NCBI GenBank assembly: GCA_035473635.1
Contig: DATIOD010000055.1
Span: 4,685 to 68,684 of the forward strand
Direction of reading: 5' to 3'
DNA: 64,000 nt
Source: Gaiellaceae bacterium
Lineage (GTDB): Bacteria > Actinomycetota > Thermoleophilia > Gaiellales > Gaiellaceae
Shown in pieces: positions 8,709 to 17,466 of the stretch. The notes below the pieces were generated by a model, which saw only the letters and a program-made list of their open reading frames with translations, was not told the origin of the DNA and made no database searches. Position 1 is the stretch's first letter; each line of letters starts with the position of its first letter. The position numbers and the translations under genes were made by a program.

Positions 8709-8861
8709 CCCACGACCCCCTCGGACTCCATGCGAATGCCCGTGTCGCCGCACACGTCGACCAACATCGTGCATACCACTTGTCGTCCCCTTTCCAGCAC
8801 CGATACCTGTTACGCGCATCTTGTGAAAACACGCAGCGGTGTCAAGAGGCATGATCGCGAC

Positions 8862-9377
8862 GTGACGCCCGAGGGAGAGGCGAGGCTCGAGCACGCGGCG
8901 GCGCTCAGGGAGCAAGGCGAGCTCGACGAGGCCCGCACGATCCTGCTCGAACTGCGGGCCGAGTTCCCGAAGGACGCGCGCATCGCCGTCCAGACCGCCT
9001 GGGTGCACGACAGCCTCGGCCTGGAGGACGACGCCGTCGAGCACTACGAAGTCGCGATCGCCGGCGACCTGACCGACGACGACCTGCGCGGCGCGCTGCT
9101 CGGTCTCGGCAGCACGTACCGCGCCCTCGGACGCGACGACGACTCCGCGCGCACGTTCCGCACCGCGACCGAGCGGTTCCCGGACGATCTCGCGCTGCGT
9201 GTCTTCCGGGCGCTGACCAACTACAACCGCGGTCACAGTCGCGACGCGGTCGCCGACCTCGTGCGCGTCCTGCTTGAGTCGACGTCGGATCTTTCAATCC
9301 TCCGCTACCGGCGATCGCTCGCCGCCTACGCGGAGGACCTCGACCGAAGCTGGCTCGGCGTCAACCCGGGACAGTGA
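8862..9377 (+). CDS. tetratricopeptide-repeat protein
   Basis: ORF 8730..9377. In-frame GTG at 8862 gives VTPEGEARLEHAAALREQGELDEARTILLEL, followed by TPR-like helical repeats. Confidence 0.6.
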   Translation: MTPEGEARLEHAAALREQGELDEARTILLELRAEFPKDARIAVQTAWVHDSLGLEDDAVEHYEVAIAGDLTDDDLRGALLGLGSTYRALGRDDDSARTFRTATERFPDDLALRVFRALTNYNRGHSRDAVADLVRVLLESTSDLSILRYRRSLAAYAEDLDRSWLGVNPGQ

Positions 9378-12141
9378 GGCGCGCGAGCCCGCTCGGGACG
9401 GCGCTCCCGAGGTTGGCCGGCCACGACGCGAGGTCGACCGAGCCGCCCGGCGTCGCCGGGAACCGGGAGAAGAACTGTCGCTGGTTCTCCCAGAAGGAGA
9501 GCGTCTTGCCGCGCACCGACGCGGGCAGCGTCATCGAGAAGGAGCCGTCCCTCGACGGCCAGCGCTCCGCCAGCGGCTTGACGACGTGGCCGCCGGCCGT
9601 CACTCCCACGACGAGCCCGGAGTAGACCGCCCCGTCGTAGGAGGTCGGGGTCGAGAGCGTGTAGTTCGTGCCGGGGCCGAGCTTGATGTTGAGCACGGCG
9701 CTCTTCAGCCGCTTGAAGGGCGCGTTGACGCCCACGTTGCCGCCGTAGGAGATGCCTCCCGAGGCGACGCCGACGCTCAACGGCACGGGATCGGCGGACG
9801 TCTCGTCGGCCGCCGAGTAGAACGACGTGTAGTGGCCGTTCGCGTCGCTTGCCGACGAGTGCGTCCAGAAGTCGCGGTCCTGCGTGCGCGTGATCACCAC
9901 CGCGTCGGGCACCGGCTTGCCGTCGGCGTCCGTGATCGTGCCGCTGAGCTGGTAGGTGAGCAGCCGGACCGTGGGCGGCGCGAGCCCGGTCGAGTCGGCG
10001 ACCCTCCCCGTGACGACGACCGAGCCGTTCTTCTGGACGTGCGCCGCGAGCTTGTCGAGCGCGTAGCCGACCGTGAAGCCGCCCGTCGCCTGCAGCAGTG
10101 CGCTCCGCTGCCCGGCGGAGAGCGGGCGTCCGCCCACGGTCGCCGAGGCGACGCCGGTGACGCGGGCGGCGTGCCGACCCGGGACGGTGTTGTCGACGTC
10201 GTAGGTGAACGAGCCGTCCTTCGCCGTGGGGCGCGGGACGGTGAAGCCGTCGATCGTCACCCGTGCGCCTGCGACCGGCGCGCCGTCCAGCGTCACGCGT
10301 CCCTGCACCGCCTTCACGTTCGAGCTGTTCGCCGACCACGGCTGCACGACGAGCGCCGCAGGCGTCTGCAAGCGTGCGCTGCCCTGCGGAGCGGAACGCC
10401 GGACGCGCGCCGATGCGCTCGCGAGCTTGCGCTGTGGTGACGGGTGCGACGCCCGGAACGTGGCGAGCTGCGGTGCCGGCGACTGCGTCACCGATCCACC
10501 GAGCGCGAACACCTGCAGCTGCGTCGCCGTGCCGCCGTTCGAGGACGTCGGTGTGCCGCCCGATGTGATGGCGACGTACTCAGTCCCTCCGACCGAGTAG
10601 ATCGACGCGCCGGCGGCGACCTGATGGCCGGTCTGGAACGTCCAGAGCACCTTGCCGGTCTTGAGGTTGAAGGCGCGCAGCACGCCGTCGCCGCCGCCCG
10701 CGAATCCGAGCCCGCTCTCCGTGGTCGTCACACCGCCGCGCTCCGGCTCCGGCGTAGTGAACTTCCACACGCGCTTGCCCGACGAGACGTCGATCGCGCT
10801 GATCGAGCCGTGGTCGTGCCAGCCCGGCAGCACCGAGCCGAAGTTGCCGTTCTCGAGACCGAGGAAGACGTCGCCGAGCGTGAACTTGCGCTTCTTCTGC
10901 GTCGGGGTCAGCTCTGCCTGCGTGTCGAGCGCGGCGGTCTCGGCCGCCGCGTTGAAGACGTAGTTCGTGTGCGGGTCGTACGAGGCGGGGGAGTAGTTCA
11001 GGCCGCCGAGCGACGACGGGAACACCGGCACCGCCTTGCCCGGCTCGAGCGACGGATGCTCCGTGCGGTCGATCACCTTGATCCGCTGGTAGATCGGGCG
11101 TCCGCTTGCAGCGTCGTATGCGAACCAGACGCCCTCCATCGTCGCGACCGACACGACACGCTGTTTCTTGCCGCCGACCTTGCCGGTGTAGACGAGCGGC
11201 GGCTGCGCGGTGTCGTACGACCACTCGTTGAACGCCATCTGCTGCTGCCACCACTTCATCCGACCGGTCGCGAGGTCGACCGCGATCAGCGAGTCGGCGC
11301 GAGGATTCGAGCCGGGACGGACCGATGCGAAGTAGAGCGGCGTCGCCGACCCGGTGCCGAAGTAGAGCGTGTTCGTCGTCGGGTCGACCGTCGTCGGCGT
11401 CCACACGACCCCGCCGCCTGCGAGCGTCGAGAACCGCCGCCACTCGGTTCCCGCGGGCGGGATCGTCCAGAACGGGTTCGCCCAGGCCGGCGTGAGGTCG
11501 GTGTGGTACGCCATCACGAAGCCCCGCACGCCGTACTCCGAGCCGGCAGCGCCGACGATCAGTCGGTGGTTCGCGCAGATCGGCGCGCTCGTCTCCGAGT
11601 AGCCGTAGCTCGACGACGCTCCGGGCACCGCCTTCGCGATCGGCACCTGGCGCTGCAGCTTTCCGGTCGCCGGGTCGAGCGAGGCGATCGTCATGTCCAG
11701 GGTCAGCACGAAGACGTGGTCGTCGCACAGCGCGACACCGCGGTTGGCGACGATTCCGAAGTTGCGGAAGACGGCGACGTTGTCGGGCGTCCAGCGCCAT
11801 TTCACCTTGCCGGTCGTCGCGTCGAGCGCCCAGACGTTGTCGTCGTTCGTCGTCATGTACAGCGTCCCGTTCGCCTCGACCGGGTACGACTGCTCTCCGC
11901 GACGGATGTTCGCGTCGATGGTGCGGAAGTCGACCGTGAAGACGCGGCCGAGCTTGTCGACGTTGCCCGTCGTGATCTCGGTGAGCGGCGAGTGGCGGTT
12001 CTCGTCGGGTGTGTTGCCGAAGCCCCCCCAGCCGACGTTGGCGTCGGCGTTCCCCCGGGCGAGCGCCGAGGTGAGCGCGATTCCAAAGACGGCGGCGAGG
12101 GCGATTGTCGCGACGATCGCGGCGCGAGCGCGGTAGTTCAT
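9361..12141 (-). CDS. PQQ-dehydrogenase-family beta-propeller protein with C-terminal carboxypeptidase-regulatory-like Ig domains
   Basis: ATG 12141 (MNYRARAAIVATIALAAVFG = signal/anchor). Quinoprotein-ADH-like motifs GWGGFGNTPDENRHSPL, NVWALDATTGKVKWRW, GAAGSEYGVRGFVMAYH, LRAFNLKTGKVLW. The tail has GTITDADGKPVPDAVVI...DANGHYT. Confidence 0.8.
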   Translation of the reverse strand: MNYRARAAIVATIALAAVFGIALTSALARGNADANVGWGGFGNTPDENRHSPLTEITTGNVDKLGRVFTVDFRTIDANIRRGEQSYPVEANGTLYMTTNDDNVWALDATTGKVKWRWTPDNVAVFRNFGIVANRGVALCDDHVFVLTLDMTIASLDPATGKLQRQVPIAKAVPGASSSYGYSETSAPICANHRLIVGAAGSEYGVRGFVMAYHTDLTPAWANPFWTIPPAGTEWRRFSTLAGGGVVWTPTTVDPTTNTLYFGTGSATPLYFASVRPGSNPRADSLIAVDLATGRMKWWQQQMAFNEWSYDTAQPPLVYTGKVGGKKQRVVSVATMEGVWFAYDAASGRPIYQRIKVIDRTEHPSLEPGKAVPVFPSSLGGLNYSPASYDPHTNYVFNAAAETAALDTQAELTPTQKKRKFTLGDVFLGLENGNFGSVLPGWHDHGSISAIDVSSGKRVWKFTTPEPERGGVTTTESGLGFAGGGDGVLRAFNLKTGKVLWTFQTGHQVAAGASIYSVGGTEYVAITSGGTPTSSNGGTATQLQVFALGGSVTQSPAPQLATFRASHPSPQRKLASASARVRRSAPQGSARLQTPAALVVQPWSANSSNVKAVQGRVTLDGAPVAGARVTIDGFTVPRPTAKDGSFTYDVDNTVPGRHAARVTGVASATVGGRPLSAGQRSALLQATGGFTVGYALDKLAAHVQKNGSVVVTGRVADSTGLAPPTVRLLTYQLSGTITDADGKPVPDAVVITRTQDRDFWTHSSASDANGHYTSFYSAADETSADPVPLSVGVASGGISYGGNVGVNAPFKRLKSAVLNIKLGPGTNYTLSTPTSYDGAVYSGLVVGVTAGGHVVKPLAERWPSRDGSFSMTLPASVRGKTLSFWENQRQFFSRFPATPGGSVDLASWPANLGSAVPSGLARLTVPG

Positions 12142-13130
12142 CGAGCGAACGATCGTACGCTTCTCGGGGCGAGTTGGCCAGGCAGCACGGCGAGCACGAC
12201 GAGGAGCAGCCCGAGCACCGCGAAGTACGGCGTCAACGCGACCGTGCGGTGGATGCGTGCAGGGCTGGCCGCCGTCGGGCCGGAGCCCGCGAGCGCCTTC
12301 AGGTACGCAGTCGCGGCGCCGAGGTTGCGCGCCTGGAACGACCGGCCGGAGAGGCTCCCCGCGAGGTTGTCGAGCACGTCGGTGCTCGTCGGGTCTGGCT
12401 GGTAGGCGCGCTCCGCGGTGCCGTCGCTGTCGAAGACGGACTCGTTCGGGCTCCAGACGTGCACCGCGACGAAGCGGTACTTGCCCGACGGGCCGAAGTC
12501 GCTCGCGAGCGAGCTCACGTCCACCGGATTGCTCTCCCCGTCCGTCAACAGCACGACAATCCGTTTCGACGTGCCCGGGACGAAGTAGTTGCCGGCGGTG
12601 ACGTCGGAGAGCGCGCTGAAGGTCGTCGCGCGCGTCGAGAACGAGCGCGGGGGCGGGCTCTCGATCTGCACCGACCGCCGCGCGACCGCCGCGAACGCAT
12701 CGCTGTCGGCGACCGGGAGGAGGTCGGGCAGCACGCGGTCTGTGAGCGTTGCGATGCCGGACGCGACCGTCGGGATCGCAAGCCGGAGGCGGACGGCGTC
12801 CTCGGCGGCGCGATCGAGCCGCGTGGGCGACGTCGGCGTCGCGGATGCGGCCATCGAGCGCGACGTATCGATCACGAACAGCGCCCCGACGTCCCGGCGC
12901 ACCTGCGCGTTCGCCTTCCGGGTCAGCGCGGGCTGAGCCGCGGCGAGCCCGAGCACGCCGATCCCCGCCGCCGCGATCACGACGCGGACGATGCTCGCCC
13001 GGCGGCCCGGCGGAGCGAGGCCGAGCAGCGAGCGGACGGCGGCGACTCGCCGCTGTCCGAGCAGCACCGCGGCGACGGGGAGGAGCGCGAGCAGCGCGGC
13101 CAGCGCCGCGAGTGGGGTGAGCAGCGTCAT
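12138..13130 (-). CDS. VWA-domain membrane protein (BatA-like)
   Basis: ATG 13130 (MTLLTPLAALAALLALLPV). MIDAS motif LFVIDTSRSM, then VVLLTDGESN, and a C-terminal TM helix. Its stop overlaps the next start by 4 nt (ATGA). Confidence 0.8.
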   Translation of the reverse strand: MTLLTPLAALAALLALLPVAAVLLGQRRVAAVRSLLGLAPPGRRASIVRVVIAAAGIGVLGLAAAQPALTRKANAQVRRDVGALFVIDTSRSMAASATPTSPTRLDRAAEDAVRLRLAIPTVASGIATLTDRVLPDLLPVADSDAFAAVARRSVQIESPPPRSFSTRATTFSALSDVTAGNYFVPGTSKRIVVLLTDGESNPVDVSSLASDFGPSGKYRFVAVHVWSPNESVFDSDGTAERAYQPDPTSTDVLDNLAGSLSGRSFQARNLGAATAYLKALAGSGPTAASPARIHRTVALTPYFAVLGLLLVVLAVLPGQLAPRSVRSFAR

Positions 13131-13744
13131 CAGTAGCCGGAGCCGCCGCCGCCCGTGCCGGCGCCCTTGCGTCCCTCGGTGTCGACGGGCGTGCCTGGGC
13201 CTGGGGCGACGCGCACACCTTTCGCCGCCGACAGCCGCAGCAGCAGCTCGAGGTCGTATTTGGCGGCTTCGTTGGTCGGGTCGGCGCGGATCGCGTCGTC
13301 GAAGTCGAGGATTGCCTGGTTGAGCTCGCTGGGCCCGCCGCCCTGCCCGACGGCGCTGAACGCGAGCACGCCGAGCAGCGTGCGCGCCTGCGACCTCCGC
13401 GGCCCGTTGTCGCCGCGCGCAACCACGCCGAGCGCGTCCTGCGCCTGCCCGCGCTCGGTGGAGACGTCGAGCGCGTTGTCGAGACGGAGCTGGCGGCCTG
13501 CGCTCAGACGATAGAGGCGGAGAGCCCGCCGATACGTCACGTCGGGCGCCACGCCGAGCACCGATCGCGACAGATGCCCGAGGCGCGTCGGCGGCGCCCA
13601 CGACGCGCGGCTCGGCGCCGCGGCGTAGACCGCGTCGCCGCTCGAGAGCGCGGCCGGCCACGAGCGGACGTCCGCCGCCAGCAGCGCCACGAACACCGCG
13701 GCCGCGATCAGCACGCCCGCGAGCACGAGCTTCAGCGCGGTCAC
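13130..13744 (-). CDS. hypothetical membrane-anchored helical-repeat protein (BatC/TPR-like position)
   Basis: GTG 13744 overlaps the upstream stop (GTGA). N-terminal TM helix LKLVLAGVLIAAAVFVALLAA. Gly-rich C-terminus. Confidence 0.5.
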   Translation of the reverse strand: MTALKLVLAGVLIAAAVFVALLAADVRSWPAALSSGDAVYAAAPSRASWAPPTRLGHLSRSVLGVAPDVTYRRALRLYRLSAGRQLRLDNALDVSTERGQAQDALGVVARGDNGPRRSQARTLLGVLAFSAVGQGGGPSELNQAILDFDDAIRADPTNEAAKYDLELLLRLSAAKGVRVAPGPGTPVDTEGRKGAGTGGGGSGY

Positions 13745-14553
13745 GCCGCTCTCCAGTCGAGCCGCTGCCGCCAGAGCGTGAGGAGTGCCAGCGAAATCGC
13801 CGCCGCGGCGACGAGCGCGACCAGCCGCCACGGGAAGGGCGTGAGCGAATGCGGCGGCGCCTGCTCGAGGGTCGGGGCGTTCACGATCGCCGTGCCCGCG
13901 GGGAGGATCTGCTTGAAGAGCGCCGTGTCCGCGGGTGACGCGTTCAGCCCGACGATGCGCATCGGCACGCCGTCACGGCGGTAGGTGAGCAGCACCGTCG
14001 TCAGGCGCGTCAGGTCGCTCGGCGAGTCTGAGAGGTCGCTCACGAGCACGACCGTCGCCGGGCGACTCGTCTCGAGCGCGAGTCGGTGCGCGAGGTCGAG
14101 CCCCGCCGAGATGCGCGTTCCGGCGGTGAAGTCGCGCGCCCACGGGTTCTTCGGGAAGGTCGGCAGGAATCCCGGCGTCGTCTGCTGCGGCAGCGTGAAG
14201 TAGCGGACGAGCGGCGCGAGGTCGGCGGACGGCGTCCCCGGCGGGAGCGCCTCGTACGCCTCGTCCGAGAAGACGATCAGCCCGAACCTGCGGCCGCTGT
14301 CGGAGAGCGCCTGCAGCGTGCCGCCGATGCGCGAGTACGTGTCGGTGGAGATGCTGGCCGACAGGTCGAGCACGACGACGGTGTCCGCGTTCGACGGCAG
14401 CGGGACGATCGTGTGCGTGCCCGGGTGCCGTGACGACAGCACGAAGACGAGCGCGAAGGCAACGGCCAGCACTGCGAGCACGAGCGCCGCGACGCGCGCG
14501 CCGCGGCCCAGCCCGATCAGCCGCCGTGCGTCGGTGAGCGGGATCGTGCTCAT
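13741..14553 (-). CDS. VWA-domain membrane protein (BatB-like)
   Basis: N- and C-terminal TM helices. MIDAS motif VVVLDLSASIS. Start overlaps the upstream stop (ATGA). Confidence 0.75.
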   Translation of the reverse strand: MSTIPLTDARRLIGLGRGARVAALVLAVLAVAFALVFVLSSRHPGTHTIVPLPSNADTVVVLDLSASISTDTYSRIGGTLQALSDSGRRFGLIVFSDEAYEALPPGTPSADLAPLVRYFTLPQQTTPGFLPTFPKNPWARDFTAGTRISAGLDLAHRLALETSRPATVVLVSDLSDSPSDLTRLTTVLLTYRRDGVPMRIVGLNASPADTALFKQILPAGTAIVNAPTLEQAPPHSLTPFPWRLVALVAAAAISLALLTLWRQRLDWRAA

Positions 14554-15458
14554 GAGCGGGTCTCGCTCTCGACGCGCCCCGCGAGCTCGGAGACGCCCTC
14601 GGTCGTCGGGGAGGGACGCGACCAGGCGAGGTCGTTCGTCGCGTCGACGTGCTGAAGCCCGCGCCGGTCGAGGATGCGCGCGAGCTGACCGAGCGCGCGC
14701 CGCCGGTCGGGAGCGGGGCGCGACTCCGACTGGCGCACCTGCCGGAGCGCGACGTCGAGCTGGTCGGCCTCGGCCGCCTCACGCCGCTTGCGGACGATCG
14801 CGAGCACCTGCCGCGAGGCGAGCCAGATCCCCGTTGCGGCGAGTAGCACCGCGAGCGCGTCGAGCAGCAGCGCGAGCCGGCCCGGCGCGATCCTGAACGT
14901 CGGCGCGGCCGGGGAGGTGTCGGCGCGCAGCACCGGCGACGAGCCCGAGAGGTCGGAGGAGACGATGCGGCTGCCGATCAGGAGCGGCGGCCAGGTCGCG
15001 GTCACCGCACGCACGCGGCCGTCGACGCCGGTGACGTGGCCCGCGACGATCGGAAGGCGGACGCGGGTCTCGCCGGGCCGCTTCACGCAGGCTTCGACGA
15101 CGCACACCGTCGGGATCGACACCGAGATGACGGTGAGGTGCCCACGGCTCGTCCGTTTCGTCACGGTGGGGCCGAGCTGCGTGAGCGGCGCCACGCTGCT
15201 CGTCAGCCGGAACGTGCCGGGGAGGACGACTCGATTGTCGAAGCGGGCGGCGATGTGCAGCGTGAGCGGATCGCCGAACTGCACCGCCGGCGGCTCGAAG
15301 CTCGTGCGGACGGTCGTCGCCGAGGTCGCTCCCGCGCGCGGCGAGGAGACGCTGCGTCCGAGCGCGAGCAGCCCGACCGCCGCCGCGACGATCAGCAACC
15401 CGACGACGGCGACGCGGGTCAGCGTGCCCACTGCAGCCGCCTTCGTTCCTCCGCCCAT
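14550..15458 (-). CDS. hypothetical two-TM protein of the MoxR/VWA operon
   Basis: 302-aa ORF with a TM helix near the N-terminus and a second at about residue 200. The start may instead be GTG 15431. Confidence 0.5.
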   Translation of the reverse strand: MGGGTKAAAVGTLTRVAVVGLLIVAAAVGLLALGRSVSSPRAGATSATTVRTSFEPPAVQFGDPLTLHIAARFDNRVVLPGTFRLTSSVAPLTQLGPTVTKRTSRGHLTVISVSIPTVCVVEACVKRPGETRVRLPIVAGHVTGVDGRVRAVTATWPPLLIGSRIVSSDLSGSSPVLRADTSPAAPTFRIAPGRLALLLDALAVLLAATGIWLASRQVLAIVRKRREAAEADQLDVALRQVRQSESRPAPDRRRALGQLARILDRRGLQHVDATNDLAWSRPSPTTEGVSELAGRVESETRS

Positions 15459-16339
15459 GCCGCGAAGGCGTTGTCGACGTCGGCCGAGTCGCTCGAGGTG
15501 ATCGTCACCGGCTCGAGGCCGAGCGACGTGAGCAGGTCGATCAGCTCGGCGTAGCGCTGCTCGTTGTCGTCGCGCAGCCGCATGGCCTGCCGGCGCCGCA
15601 GCCGGACGAGCGCCGTCGAGTGGTCACGCGGGTCGACGACCGGCACCGTGACCCCCGCGACGGCCGGGAAGCTGCGCTCCCAGAGCGGGTCCTGCAGGAT
15701 CACCGGCACTACGTCCCAGCCGTGGCCGAGCGCGTCGAGCCACGTCTCGGTCGACGGCGCAACCAGGAAGTCCGAGAGCACGAACACGAAGCTGCCCGCG
15801 GGCAGGTTCGCGCGGCGGCGGCCGAGGAACTCGAACGCCTGTGCGAGCGTGTCCTCCGGCGCCTCGAACGGGGCCGAACGGTCGCGCTCCGCGACCTGCC
15901 ACCCGCGCTCGCGGCGGCCCGGCGGTAGCCACCATGCCTCGTCGCCGGCGAACTCGAGCGCCGCAACGTCGGCGCGCGCCGCCTCGGCGCTCGTGACGAT
16001 CGACAGCATCGCCTCGGTGAGCGCCTGCCGCTTCGAGAACCAGGGCAGCGTCGAGGGATAGAGGTTCATCGCCGGGCGGCGGTCGGCGACGAGCACGACG
16101 CGCGGCGCCTCGTCGGCCGCCTTCTGGCGAATGACGAACGCGTCGGCCCCCGTGACCGCGGAGAGCCGCGCGGTCGCCGACCAGTCGATCGCCGACACGG
16201 CGTCGCCCGGCTCGTAGGGGCGGTGCGAGATCACCTCGGAGCCGTGCCCGCGGCGGCGGCCCGGGAGGTCGCCGAACGGCAGGCCGGTGCGGCGCCGCCG
16301 TGGCACGAGCGGGAAGGTTCGCCGCTCGCGGGAGGGCAC
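15419..16339 (-). CDS. DUF58-domain protein
   Basis: HRPYEPGDAVSAIDWSATAR is the DUF58 signature. It sits 3 nt downstream of MoxR, the canonical position. GTG start at 16339. Confidence 0.8.
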   Translation of the reverse strand: MPSRERRTFPLVPRRRRTGLPFGDLPGRRRGHGSEVISHRPYEPGDAVSAIDWSATARLSAVTGADAFVIRQKAADEAPRVVLVADRRPAMNLYPSTLPWFSKRQALTEAMLSIVTSAEAARADVAALEFAGDEAWWLPPGRRERGWQVAERDRSAPFEAPEDTLAQAFEFLGRRRANLPAGSFVFVLSDFLVAPSTETWLDALGHGWDVVPVILQDPLWERSFPAVAGVTVPVVDPRDHSTALVRLRRRQAMRLRDDNEQRYAELIDLLTSLGLEPVTITSSDSADVDNAFAAWAEERRRLQWAR

Positions 16340-16342
16340 GGC

Positions 16343-17350
16343 CTATCCGTCCCAGCCCGGCGCGGGCGGCGGTGCGAGCTCGAGCGTTCGGTCGCGGATC
16401 TGCGCGAGCGCGGCCTCGCGGCCGAGCCCGCGGGTCTCGGCGAGGAACGCCGTCGTCAGCACGAGCCGGTGTCCGAGCACCGGCAGGAACAGCTTCTCGA
16501 CGTCGTCGGGCACGACATGGTCGCGCCCCTGCAGCAGCGCCCACGCGCGCGCGGTCCGCTCGAGCGTGAGGCTGCCGCGCACCGACGCGCCGAGCGCGAC
16601 ACCCTCGACGTCTCGCGTCGCGCGGACCAGCTCGACCGTCCAGCGAAGCACGAGCTCGTCGATGTAGACGTGCTCGGTCGCGCGCTGCAGGAGCTGCACC
16701 TCGTCGGTGGTGACGGCCGGACGGAGCTGATCGATCGGATGGCCGTGCCGCTGCGCGAGGACGATCGAGACCTCCTCGGCCTCGTCGGGATAGCCGAGCG
16801 CGGCCCGCAGGGCGAAGCGGTCGAGCTGCGCTTCCGGCAGCGGGAACGTTCCCTCCTGCTCGATCGGGTTCTCCGTCGCGATCACGAAGAACGGGTCGGG
16901 GAGCAGGCGCGTGTGGCCGTCGACGGTCACCTGGCGCTCGGCCATCGCCTCGAGCAGCGCCGACTGCGTCCGCGGCATCGCGCGGTTGACCTCGTCGACG
17001 AGCACGACGTTCGCGAACACCGGCCCGGGGCGGAACTCGAACTCGCGCGTGCGCTGGTTGTAGATCGAGAGCCCGGTCACGTCGGTCGGCTGCAGGTCCG
17101 GGGTGCACTGCAGACGGGCGAACTCGCCGCCCTCGATCGTCTGCGCGAGCGAGCGCGCGAGCATCGTCTTGGCGGTGCCGGGGACGTCCTCCAGCAGGAC
17201 GTGGCCGCCGGAGATCAGGGCGGCCAGGACGAGCACCACCTCGTCGCGCTTGCCGACGACGACGCTCTCGATGTTCTCGACCAGGCGGCGTGCGGTTTCG
17301 CGAACCGGATCGGCCTCAGCTCGGTGCTCGATCACGGGCGTCTGAGCCAT
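16343..17350 (-). CDS. MoxR-family AAA+ ATPase
   Basis: Walker A LLEDVPGTAKT, Walker B/sensor VLVDEVNRAMPRTQSALLEAMAERQVTV. Confidence 0.92.
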   Translation of the reverse strand: MAQTPVIEHRAEADPVRETARRLVENIESVVVGKRDEVVLVLAALISGGHVLLEDVPGTAKTMLARSLAQTIEGGEFARLQCTPDLQPTDVTGLSIYNQRTREFEFRPGPVFANVVLVDEVNRAMPRTQSALLEAMAERQVTVDGHTRLLPDPFFVIATENPIEQEGTFPLPEAQLDRFALRAALGYPDEAEEVSIVLAQRHGHPIDQLRPAVTTDEVQLLQRATEHVYIDELVLRWTVELVRATRDVEGVALGASVRGSLTLERTARAWALLQGRDHVVPDDVEKLFLPVLGHRLVLTTAFLAETRGLGREAALAQIRDRTLELAPPPAPGWDG

Positions 17351-17409
17351 CAGGAGAAGGTATCGATTCGTGGATCACGGCCGATCGACGATTTCGATCA
17401 GTCTGAAGC

Positions 17410-17452
17410 GGTGCCAGGCACCCTGGTGCCTGGCACCGTGGTGCCTGGCACC
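17410..17452. repeat. 3 x tandem 13-nt palindrome GGTGCC(A/T)GGCACC with 15-nt period
   Basis: Copies at 17410-17422, 17425-17437 and 17440-17452, plus a partial fourth (gcctggca). Read directly from the sequence. Confidence 0.9.
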
Positions 17453-17466
17453 GCCTGGCAACGGAC

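Noticed and set aside
17410-17452. CRISPR array interpretation of the tandem palindromes (also applies to 22709-22736 and 55032-55064)
   Set aside because: Units are 11-15 nt, directly abutting with 0-2 nt between them. There are no unique spacers and no cas genes in the window.
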